Positions 51,430 to 59,617 of a DNA stretch of 64,000 nucleotides are shown piece by piece. The notes under the pieces were generated by a model. It made no database searches and was not told the DNA's origin. It saw nothing but the letters and a program-made list of their open reading frames with translations. How positions within the stretch are numbered: position 1 is the first letter of the stretch; each line of letters opens with the position of its first letter. The position numbers and the translations under genes are program-made. The DNA comes from an uncultured Gemmatimonadales bacterium (GTDB lineage Bacteria > Gemmatimonadota > Gemmatimonadetes > Longimicrobiales > Longimicrobiaceae), in assembly GCA_963716255.1 (NCBI GenBank), contig OY970303.1:5568001-5632000 (forward strand). The letters run 5' to 3'.

Positions 51430-52637
51430 GGCGTCCGGGTGATGATCTTCTGGGGCGGCACGTCGACGGCGGCGGGGGTGCCCCCGGCGAGCTGCGCGAG
51501 CACGGCGCGCACCGCGTCCTCGTCCACCCGCTCCACGTCGGCGTAGAAGCGCTGCGCGGCGTCGGCCTGCCCGGCACGGTCGATGAACTGCCCCACCACG
51601 TCGGCCATGCGCTCCGGGCGGCGGGCGTAGAAGAGCATGTCGCGCCGCACGCCGGCCGCGGCCTCGCGCACCCGGCCCGCGTCCAGCGACTCGCCCAGCG
51701 ACGCGAGCGAGGCGCCCACGGCGCGGCGGGCGGCGGGCAGCCCCGCGGGCTGCGCGGCCACCACCAGGGCCAGCGCCTGCCCCTGGCGCGTCCACCAGTG
51801 CTCGGCCTCCACGGAAGCGGACGGCAGCCGCTCGCGCAGGTGGTCGCGGAGCAGGCGCGCGGCCACGGTCACGGCGGCCGGGTCGGCGTCGGCGGCGGAC
51901 CACCCCAGCCCGATCCAGCCGCGCGTCGCCTCGGGCGGCGCGGGCGGGGCCGCGGAAACCGTGTCGGCGAGCGCCTCCGCGGCTGTGCCTTCCGGCGCGG
52001 CCGGGAGCCGCGCGAAGGCGTCGCGCACGCGGCCCACCTGCACGTCCCCCACCGCCACCACGGACACGCGCTCGGGGCGGTACATCGCCGCCCACAGCGC
52101 CTGCACCGCCTCCGGGGTGAAGCGCTCCGCCGAGGCCGGGGTCCCCGCGGGGGACAGGTCCTCGGGGAAGAGGCGCCCCCGCAGCAGGGCGCGCACGTGG
52201 CCGGCGGCGGTCTCCCACTCGGCGCCCCGCTCGTCGCGCAGCTCGCGCTGCGCCGCCACCAGCTGCGCCTCGCCGACCGAGGGCTGCCGCAGCGTGGAGC
52301 GCAGCACCCCGGCCAGGTAGTCCAGCTCGGAGGCGGGCCCCACCACGGTGTACACCACCGCGTCGGCGCCGCGGGTGATCTGCACCTCGCCGCCCACGCG
52401 CTGTACCTGCTCCAGCAGCGAGGGGAGGAGCAGGTGCTGGAGGAGGTGGCCCGCCCCGGCGTACCCGGGCGGGTCGTCCGCCAGCAGCGACAGGCGGAGC
52501 GCGACGATGGGGATGGCCGGCTGGCGGTGCACCGCCACCATCCCCGCCACCGCGTTCGCGGGAGCGGGGAGGGACGAGAGCGCCGCGGTGTCCGCCGCGG
52601 CGGTCCCGGCCGCGAGCGTCAGGGCGAGCAGGAGCAT
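51426..52637 (-). CDS. Secreted M16-like protein with degenerate HxxQH motif
   Basis: GAGHLLQHLL; GT..S..F...W..YRPE...VAVGD M16-like motif. Confidence 0.72.
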   Translation of the reverse strand: MLLLALTLAAGTAAADTAALSSLPAPANAVAGMVAVHRQPAIPIVALRLSLLADDPPGYAGAGHLLQHLLLPSLLEQVQRVGGEVQITRGADAVVYTVVGPASELDYLAGVLRSTLRQPSVGEAQLVAAQRELRDERGAEWETAAGHVRALLRGRLFPEDLSPAGTPASAERFTPEAVQALWAAMYRPERVSVVAVGDVQVGRVRDAFARLPAAPEGTAAEALADTVSAAPPAPPEATRGWIGLGWSAADADPAAVTVAARLLRDHLRERLPSASVEAEHWWTRQGQALALVVAAQPAGLPAARRAVGASLASLGESLDAGRVREAAAGVRRDMLFYARRPERMADVVGQFIDRAGQADAAQRFYADVERVDEDAVRAVLAQLAGGTPAAVDVPPQKIITRTP

Positions 52638-52697
52638 GTATTCCGGATCGATGCCGTGGTCGGCGTTTTCATCAAGCTGTCGCGTGTGGGCCGAAGG

Positions 52698-52775
52698 GCC
52701 CTCACCCGGCTCGCTTTAGGCTCGCCACCTTTTCCCTTCACACGGTTCACGCGAAGCGCCATTCCGGGAGAGGGG
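52698..52775 (+). repeat. REP-like family C repeat with TTCACACGGTTCACGCGAAGCG insert
   Basis: Matches the reverse complement of 56078-56164. Confidence 0.82.
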
Positions 52776-52808
52776 CAGCTGCTGGATATAGAGTACGAGC
52801 AAGCAGTT

Positions 52809-52942
52809 GCGTGAGGGATTACGGCCCGAAGGGGCGAGACCCGGCGGCCGTTTGCCGGGGCTCGACTCCGTTAGGCAGCGTTGTTTGCTGCCTTACGGAG
52901 CCGAAGCCCGACCCCGGCGCCAGCCGGGGACACGCCCGAACC
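52809..52942 (+). repeat. Family A structured repeat, copy 8
   Basis: Variable stem AGGCAGC/GCTGCCT with loop GTTGTTT. Confidence 0.95.
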
Positions 52943-53055
52943 TGCCAGTTCACCCGTCTATAGTCCACCGTGCTCCCCGGAGTTCCGGAATGCGCAAAGG
53001 AGCGCCGTCGGGCGCTCCTCGCGGATGGTTCCGGGAGTAGGCGGCGCCAACCGCC

Positions 53056-53991
53056 TCAGTCGGGGATCGCGTCCTCGATGATGAAGTTGAGCGGATTCAC
53101 CGGCCGCCCGTTCACCTCCACCTCGTAGTGCAGGTGCGGGCCGCTCACCAGCCCGGTGGCGCCCACCTCGGCGATCACGTCGCCGCGTTTCACCTCCTGC
53201 CCCTCGCGCACCAGCACCTTCGATGCGTGCGCGAAGCGGGTCACGTAGCCGAAGCCGTGGTCGATCTCCACCACGTTGCCGTAGCCGCCGGACTTGAAGC
53301 CGGCGTGCCGGACCGTGCCCTTGGCCGGGGCGAGGATCGGCTCGCCCACCGGGGCGGCGATGTCGATCCCCTTGTGCGGGCGGGTGATGCGCAGCACCGG
53401 GTGGTAGCGGCCGCGGCTGAAGAGGCTGGACAGGTGGCCGCTGGACGGGGAGATGGAAGGGGTGGCGGCCAGGCGCTCGCGGTTGGTCTCCATGGCGTCC
53501 AGCGCCTCGTCCATGCTGGAGCGCAGCAGGGCGGCGCGGCGCAGCAGCGCGCCCAGGTCGGACGAGGTCTCGAAGACCTTTTTGCCGCGCTGCGGGCTCA
53601 CGCGGAACAGCGACGCCGACTGGAGGGTGGCCGTCCCCGGCCCGCCGATCCCCACGCGCTCCACCTGCGGGTCGATCGCGGGCAGGCCTGCGACCACGCG
53701 GTATTTCTCCCCCTTCTCCGACAGCTCCTCGATGGACTCGGAGAGCGTCGCCATGTCGCTCCTCATCTCGTCCACCTCGGCCGCAAGCAGCTCGTTCTCG
53801 CGCTCCAGGCTCGCGGCGCGCGCGTGGTGGCTCTGCTTGACGAAGAAGCCCACGCTGAACACCGCGAGGACGAAGGCGAGCGCGAGCGTGGCGGAAAGGG
53901 CTACCCTGACGCTCCGGCTGGAGATCTGGATGGATCTGACGCGCTCGTTGTCGTGCGGAACGAGCATCAGCGTCCACTTGGATCGTGCCAT
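53056..53991 (-). CDS. M23 family metallopeptidase
   Basis: HKGID, GYGN and HLHYEV motifs; N-terminal TM helix and coiled coil. Confidence 0.93.
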   Translation of the reverse strand: MARSKWTLMLVPHDNERVRSIQISSRSVRVALSATLALAFVLAVFSVGFFVKQSHHARAASLERENELLAAEVDEMRSDMATLSESIEELSEKGEKYRVVAGLPAIDPQVERVGIGGPGTATLQSASLFRVSPQRGKKVFETSSDLGALLRRAALLRSSMDEALDAMETNRERLAATPSISPSSGHLSSLFSRGRYHPVLRITRPHKGIDIAAPVGEPILAPAKGTVRHAGFKSGGYGNVVEIDHGFGYVTRFAHASKVLVREGQEVKRGDVIAEVGATGLVSGPHLHYEVEVNGRPVNPLNFIIEDAIPD

Positions 53992-54068
53992 GGCCTCGGT
54001 TGTGTTTCGGAAAAATACGTAGGAAGGACGATGCTCCCGGGCGTGACCTGGTTGTCGCGGAGGCGCGT

Positions 54069-54098
54069 ACTATACATCCCCACGTGGGGGAGTGTCAA
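54069..54098 (-). promoter_or_regulatory. Putative sigma70 promoter of the M23 gene with a palindromic spacer
   Basis: TTGACA-18 bp-TATAGT on the minus strand; CCCCACGTGGGG palindrome at 54078-54089. Confidence 0.6.
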
Positions 54099-54278
54099 GC
54101 AACTCCACGTCTTGCGAGGATCATCGCCAAGGGAGTGGACGCCGGCGGGGGAGGTCTGCGTGCGTGCCGGGGCGCCACTTGCGGAGCGGACGGGGCGGAC
54201 CCATCCTTGCACGTTTGCCGCCAGAAACGCCCGCCGCGCCCCGCGCGCGGCTTTCCGCCGGGGATCCAGAGAGCGCGC

Positions 54279-55838
54279 ATGCCGACCGAGCCCGAGACGT
54301 TCTACATCACCACGCCGATCTACTACGTCAACGACCGGCCCCACATCGGCCACGTGTATTCCAGCACCGTGGCCGACGCCGTCGCGCGCTACCACCGGCT
54401 GAGGGGGGACGACACCTTCTTCCTCACCGGCACGGACGAGCACGCGGCCAAGGTGGTGACGGCGGCGGCGGAGCGCGGGCTGGGGCCGCAGGAGTGGGCG
54501 GACCGCAACGCGGCGGCCTTCCAGGCAGCGTTCGCCGGGCTGGGGATCTCCAACGACGACTTCATCCGCACCAGCGAGGCGCGCCACCGCGAGCGCGTCA
54601 CCGGGTACGTCCGCCGGCTCCTGGACTCGGGAGACGTGTACCTGGGCGAGTACGAGGGGTGGTACGACGCGGGGCAGGAGGAGTACGTCCCCGAGAACAA
54701 GGCCAAGGAGTCGGACTTCCGCTCGCCCATCAACGGGCAGCCGCTGGTCCGCAAGTCGGAGCACAACGCCTTCTTCCGGCTGAGCGCCTACCGTGACGCG
54801 CTGCTGGAGCTGCTGGAGGCGGGGCTGGTGCAGCCCGAGGCGCGCCGCAACGAGCTGCTGGCGCGCGTGCGCGAGGGGCTCAACGACGTTCCCGTCTCGC
54901 GCACCGGGACGCAGGGGTGGGGGATCCCCGTCCCCGGCACGCCGGACCAGACCATCTACGTCTGGATCGACGCGCTGATGAACTACCTGACCACGGTGGA
55001 CACGGACGAGCGGCGCAGGTACTGGCCCGCGGACGTGCACCTGATCGCAAAGGACATCCTCTGGTTCCACGGGGTGATCTGGCCGGCGCTCCTCCTGGCG
55101 CTGGGCCGTCCGGTGCCCAGGCGGGTGTACGCGCACTCGTTCTGGATCCGCGACGGACGCAAGATGAGCAAGTCGCTGGGCAACTTCGTGGACCTGGAAA
55201 CGATCGACGAGTACGTGGGGCGCTTCTCGCTGGACGCGCTGCGCTGGTTCCTGCTCACGCAGGGGCCGCTGGGAACCACCGACGCGGACTTTGCGGAGTC
55301 CAAGTTCATCGAGGTGTACAACTCCGACCTGGCGAACACCCTGGGCAACTCGTTCAGCCGTGTCGCCAACATGATCGGGCGCTACTTCGGGGGGGTGGCG
55401 CCGGAGGGCGGGGCGGGGGAGGGCGGCGAGCTGCGCGCGGCGGCCGGGCGCGCCGTGGCCTCGTACCGCGGGGCGATGGACGAGCTGCGGCTGGACGACG
55501 CGGCGGGGGCGGCCATGGAGCTGGTCCGCGCCATCGACGGCTACATCGAGCGGACGGCGCCGTTCAAGCTCGCCAAGGACCCGGAGCGCATGCCCGAGGT
55601 CGGCGCCATCCTGTACGACTGCGCGGAGGCCATGCGCATCGCCTCGCTGCTGCTCTGGCCCGTGCTGCCGGAAAAGATGGAGGAGGTGTGGCGGCGCACC
55701 GGCGGGGAGGCGTACGCGGCGGCGGTGGCGGAGCGCGGGCGGGGCAGCTTCGACGAGTGGACGGCGTGGGGGCTGCTGAAGCCGGGGACGCCCATCGCCA
55801 AGGGGGAGGCGCTGTTCCCGCGTTTCCAGGTGCCCTGA
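54279..55838 (+). CDS. metG: Methionine--tRNA ligase (short form)
   Basis: FYITTPIYY, HIGH, GTDEH, YVWIDAL and KMSKS motifs. Confidence 0.95.
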   Translation: MPTEPETFYITTPIYYVNDRPHIGHVYSSTVADAVARYHRLRGDDTFFLTGTDEHAAKVVTAAAERGLGPQEWADRNAAAFQAAFAGLGISNDDFIRTSEARHRERVTGYVRRLLDSGDVYLGEYEGWYDAGQEEYVPENKAKESDFRSPINGQPLVRKSEHNAFFRLSAYRDALLELLEAGLVQPEARRNELLARVREGLNDVPVSRTGTQGWGIPVPGTPDQTIYVWIDALMNYLTTVDTDERRRYWPADVHLIAKDILWFHGVIWPALLLALGRPVPRRVYAHSFWIRDGRKMSKSLGNFVDLETIDEYVGRFSLDALRWFLLTQGPLGTTDADFAESKFIEVYNSDLANTLGNSFSRVANMIGRYFGGVAPEGGAGEGGELRAAAGRAVASYRGAMDELRLDDAAGAAMELVRAIDGYIERTAPFKLAKDPERMPEVGAILYDCAEAMRIASLLLWPVLPEKMEEVWRRTGGEAYAAAVAERGRGSFDEWTAWGLLKPGTPIAKGEALFPRFQVP

Positions 55839-55872
55839 CCGTCTTCAACTACGGACTGCGACGGCAACGGCG

Positions 55873-56006
55873 GGTTCGGGCGTGTCCCCGGCTGGCGCCG
55901 GGGTCGGGCTTCGGCTCCGTAGGGCTGCAAACAACGCAGCCCAACGGAGTCGAGCCCGCGCAAACAGCCGCGCGGTCTCGCCCCTTCGGGCCGAAATCCC
56001 TCACGC
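55873..56006 (-). repeat. Family A structured repeat, copy 9
   Basis: Variable stem GGGCTGC/GCAGCCC with loop GTTGTTT. Confidence 0.95.
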
Positions 56007-56010
56007 AACA

Positions 56011-56164
56011 GGCCCCCTCTCCCCGGCCCCCTCCCCCGCAAGCGGGAGAGGGGGAGCACTGCACCGGACCCGCAGTTGGCCCCCTGTCCCAGAATGGCGC
56101 TAACGCTTCGCGTGAACCGTGTGAAGGGAGAGGGTGGCGAGCCTCAAGCGAGCCGGGTGAGGGG
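56011..56164. repeat. REP-like hairpin plus family C repeat with insert
   Basis: CCCCTCCCCCGCAAGCGGGAGAGGGG and GGGAGAGGGTGGCGAGCCTCAAGCGAGCCGGGTGAGGGG. Confidence 0.82.
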
Positions 56165-56256
56165 CCTCTGCCGCCCAACGCCGAGGAGCCGCCCCGTCGA
56201 TCGACCGGGCGGCTCCTTCCAGCTTTGCTTCGTCTGCTCCGGCGCGCCGGCGGCTA

Positions 56257-57449
56257 GTGGATCACCCCGGCTGAGGTGATGGGTATCGGGAGGAGAACTT
56301 CTCCCGAGCCTTGGCGGTTGTGAAACGCCACTGAATCGTGGCCTTGCTGCCGTTGCGGTCGCGGCACCAGACGGCGGTTTCACGCTGCACGACTTCCATG
56401 CTGGGCAGGCGCCGGTCCAAGCATTGAGTGCCGAGCACGGAGAACTCCACCTCGGCCATGTTCAACCAGCTTGCATGCTTGGGCGTGTGGTGCAACTCCA
56501 GGCGCTTTGCGATCCGGCTTGCTTCCTCGGGCGCGAACGCCTGGTAGAGCGAGGCCGGCGTGTGCGTGTTCAGGTTGTCCAGCACCACGCGGACCTTCTC
56601 CGCCTCCGGAAAATGCACGTCCACCAGATCCCGCATGCAGTGGGCGAAGTCGATCGCGGTGCGCCGCTGCGTGACCTTGACCTCTCGCCAGGCGGTGTCG
56701 GGGCTGAAGAAGAGGAAGAGGTTGCACGTGCCTTCGCGCCGGTACTCGTAGTCGAACCGCTCGGCCTGCCCCGGTCGCGCCGGCAGCGGCATGCGCACCT
56801 CGGACAGAAGTTGCAGAGGCATCTCGTCAAAGGCCACACGCGGCCGCTTCGGGTCGTTCGGCTCTGCATACAGGTCGAGCACGTCCTCCATCCGCCAGAC
56901 GAATTCGGCCGTGATCTCCGGGATCAGCCACTGCTGGCGCTGCCACGGCTTCGTCTTGCTTTTTTGAGCGTGCGGCGCACCGTCTCATCCGAGATCGAGT
57001 CCACCGCCCCCAGTTCCACCAGCCGGTCCGCGAGCATCTGCATGCTCCAGCGGGCGCGCCCACCAGGCACGTCGCTGCAGGCCAGCGCCAGGAGCAGGGC
57101 CTCCGCTTTGCCTGTCAGCTTCGGCGGCATCGGCGGGCGGGGTTTCTCTGAGAGAGCCGCCTCCAGCCCTTCTTCCACGAAGCGCTTGCGGATGCGCTCC
57201 ACCGTAGCGACCCCGACGCCCACGCCCGCGACGATCTGCTCGTCCGTGGCACCCTCGTCGGAGCGCAGCACCACCAGAGCGCGTTTGATCCGCCGCGCGC
57301 TTGCCTTCCCCTTGCGCGTGAGCACAAGCAGATCGCTGCGCTCCTGCTCCGTCAGCTTCACCTTGTACCGCTTCGTCATCCTTCGGCTCCTGTACAACTG
57401 CGTACCCAAAGCCGAAGGATACCCCATCAACTCACTCGTGGTGCCCCAC
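56257..57449 (-). mobile_element. IS630-family insertion sequence
   Basis: Imperfect ~30-bp terminal IRs (GTGGATCACCCCGGCTGAGGTGATGGG vs GTGGGGCACCACGAGTGAGTTGATGGG); TA flanks at 56255-56256 and 57450-57451. Confidence 0.92.
56262..57379 (-). CDS. IS630 transposase split over two frames (-1 shift at the A6 run near 56960-56965)
   Basis: HTH ORF MTKRYKVKL...TLKK followed by DDE ORF with FDE, LDNLNTH and SWLNMAEVE motifs. Confidence 0.88.
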
Positions 57450-58480
57450 TAGGCCTGGGCGGGTGGGCCGCCGGCTCCGGGGCCGCGGCGCTCGCCGCGC
57501 AGGCGGGGGCGGCGCGGGGGACGCTGCTGCTCGGTGGGAGTGGGGAGCGGCTCGGCGGGGGCGGCCTCGCGCTCGCGGGGGGCCGGGGCCGGCCCGGCGG
57601 CGGCCATCTCCTCGCGCAGGGCGTCCAGCTCCACCACGCGGCGCTGCCGGCTCTCGTCCATCAGCGTCACCTGGTTCTTCCAGATGTCGATCCCCACCAC
57701 CTTCTCGTTCCCCACCGAGGTGCGCACCGTCTTGCCCTCGCGCGGAAAGCGCTTGCGGGCGGCCACGTAGGCGTCGTGCTCGTAGGTGAGGCAGCACATC
57801 AGCCGGCCGCAGGTGCCGGAGATCTGGGTGGGGTTGAGCGACAGGTTCTGGTCCTTGGCCAGCTGGAGCGAGATGGGCTTGATCTCGCGCAGCCAGGTGG
57901 AGCAGCACAGCTCGCGCCCGCAGCGGCCCACGCCGCCCAGCAGCGCCGCCTCGTCGCGTACCCCGATCTGCTTCAGCTCGATGCGCGTGCGGAAGTTGCG
58001 CGCCAGGTCGCGGACGAGCTGGCGGAAGTCCACGCGCCTTTCCGCGGTGAAGTAGATGGTGAGCTTGTTCCGGTCCCACTGCCACTCCACCTCGCTCACC
58101 TTCATCTTCAGCCCGTGCTGCTCCACCATCTCCCGCGTGGTGCGGCGCACCCGCTCCTCGTCCACCCGCAGCACGCGCAGCGCCTCCAGCTCGCCGGGCT
58201 CGGCGCGGCGCAGGATGCGCTCGGTGGGGGCGGCATCCTCCTCCGTCGCGCCCTCGCCCCTGCAGCTGGCGCACTTCTTCGCGGCCACGCCGCCCACGGA
58301 GCGCACGCGCCCCACGTCGCGGCCGCGCTCCACCTCCACCAGGACGTAGTCGCCCACGCGAAGGTCCGGGTCCGTGGTGCGGAAGTAGGCACGGTGCGTC
58401 CCCTTGAACGCGACCTCCACCACGCGGGGGAGCTCCCGCAGGTCGGGGAGCGGCTGGAATACGGGAAGCGGAAGGCTCAC
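57449..58480 (-). CDS. PSP1 domain / RicT (YaaT)-like Fe-S regulatory protein
   Basis: RVDFRQLV, RIELKQIGVRDEA, CGRELCC and CGRLMCCL motifs; start uncertain. Confidence 0.9.
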   Translation of the reverse strand: MSLPLPVFQPLPDLRELPRVVEVAFKGTHRAYFRTTDPDLRVGDYVLVEVERGRDVGRVRSVGGVAAKKCASCRGEGATEEDAAPTERILRRAEPGELEALRVLRVDEERVRRTTREMVEQHGLKMKVSEVEWQWDRNKLTIYFTAERRVDFRQLVRDLARNFRTRIELKQIGVRDEAALLGGVGRCGRELCCSTWLREIKPISLQLAKDQNLSLNPTQISGTCGRLMCCLTYEHDAYVAARKRFPREGKTVRTSVGNEKVVGIDIWKNQVTLMDESRQRRVVELDALREEMAAAGPAPAPREREAAPAEPLPTPTEQQRPPRRPRLRGERRGPGAGGPPAQA

Positions 58481-58548
58481 GTGTGGTACCTCATCTATGC
58501 AGAGCGCCGTGCCCCATGGGGGCGCGGCGCCTCGGGTCTCGAACGGGG

Positions 58549-59514
58549 TCAGCGGACGGTGCGCCACTCCCCCATGGACATGTACTTGTCCCACCGGGCG
58601 CGCCGCAGCTCGTCGGTGGGAATGGCGCGCAGCTCGCCCAGGTGGCGGCCCAGCGCCTCGCGCAGCGCCTCGGCCGTGCCCTCCCAGTCGGAGTGGGCGC
58701 CGCCCGCGGGCTCGGCGATGATGTCGTCGATCACGCCCAGCCGGAGCAGGTCGCCGGCGGTGATCTTCATGGCGGCGGCGGCCTTGTCGCGCTCCGTGCC
58801 GCTCTTCCACAGGATCGCCGCGCACCCCTCGGGCGAGATCACCGAGTAGATGCTGTTTTCCAGCATCAGCACCCGGTCCGACACCCCGATGGCCAGCGCG
58901 CCGCCCGAGCCGCCCTCGCCGATCACGACGGCCACGGACGGGACCTTGAGCGCCGCCATCTCCAGCAGGTTGCGGGCGATGGCCTCGCCCTGCCCCCGCT
59001 CCTCCGCGCCGATGCCGGGGTACGCGCCCGGCGTGTCGATCAGCGTCACCACCGGGCGTCCGAACTTCTCGGCCTGCTTCATCAGCCGGAGCGCCTTGCG
59101 GTAGCCTTCGGGGTGCGGCATCCCGAAGTTGCGCCGCAGGTTCTCCTTCATGTCGCGGCCCTTCTGCTGGCCGATCAGCATCACCGACTCGCCGTCCAGA
59201 CGCGCCCACCCGCCCACCATGGAGTCGTCGTCGCGGAACATGCGGTCGCCGTGCATCTCCACGAAGTCGTCGAACACCATCTCGACGTAGTCCAGCGTAT
59301 ACGGCCGGCGGGGGTGCCGCGCCACCTGCACCCGCTCGATGGGGGACAGGTTGCGGAAGGTGTCCTGCTTCAGCTCCTCCAGCTTGCGCTCCAGGGAGCG
59401 GAGCTCGGTGGACACGTCCAGTCCGCGCTCGCGCGCCAGGGTGCGGAGCCGGAGGATCTGCTCCTCCACGTCCGCGATCGCGCGCTCGAAGTCCAAATGG
59501 GCTACCGTCGCCAA
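58549..59514 (-). CDS. accA: Acetyl-CoA carboxylase carboxyltransferase subunit alpha
   Basis: ARHPRRP, NFGMPHPEGYRKA, IDTPGAYPG and GEGGSGGAL motifs. Confidence 0.97.
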   Translation of the reverse strand: MATVAHLDFERAIADVEEQILRLRTLARERGLDVSTELRSLERKLEELKQDTFRNLSPIERVQVARHPRRPYTLDYVEMVFDDFVEMHGDRMFRDDDSMVGGWARLDGESVMLIGQQKGRDMKENLRRNFGMPHPEGYRKALRLMKQAEKFGRPVVTLIDTPGAYPGIGAEERGQGEAIARNLLEMAALKVPSVAVVIGEGGSGGALAIGVSDRVLMLENSIYSVISPEGCAAILWKSGTERDKAAAAMKITAGDLLRLGVIDDIIAEPAGGAHSDWEGTAEALREALGRHLGELRAIPTDELRRARWDKYMSMGEWRTVR

Positions 59515-59580
59515 AATGCCTCGCTGTCGTTCGGGAAGGTCACGAGGTGACAGGAGACAGGCAGCCCCGGTCGTTGCAGG

Positions 59581-59611
59581 CTGTTCCCTGTTCCCTGTTC
59601 CCTGTTCCCTG
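59581..59611. repeat. Heptamer tandem repeat (CTGTTCC)x4
   Basis: Read directly; related GGGAACA/GGGGACA units at 48677-48700. Confidence 0.8.
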
Positions 59612-59617
59612 CTGTTC

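Noticed and set aside
56257..57449. IS630 as the mobiliser of families A, B or C
   Set aside because: The repeats share no IS terminal IR sequence and have no TA duplications.
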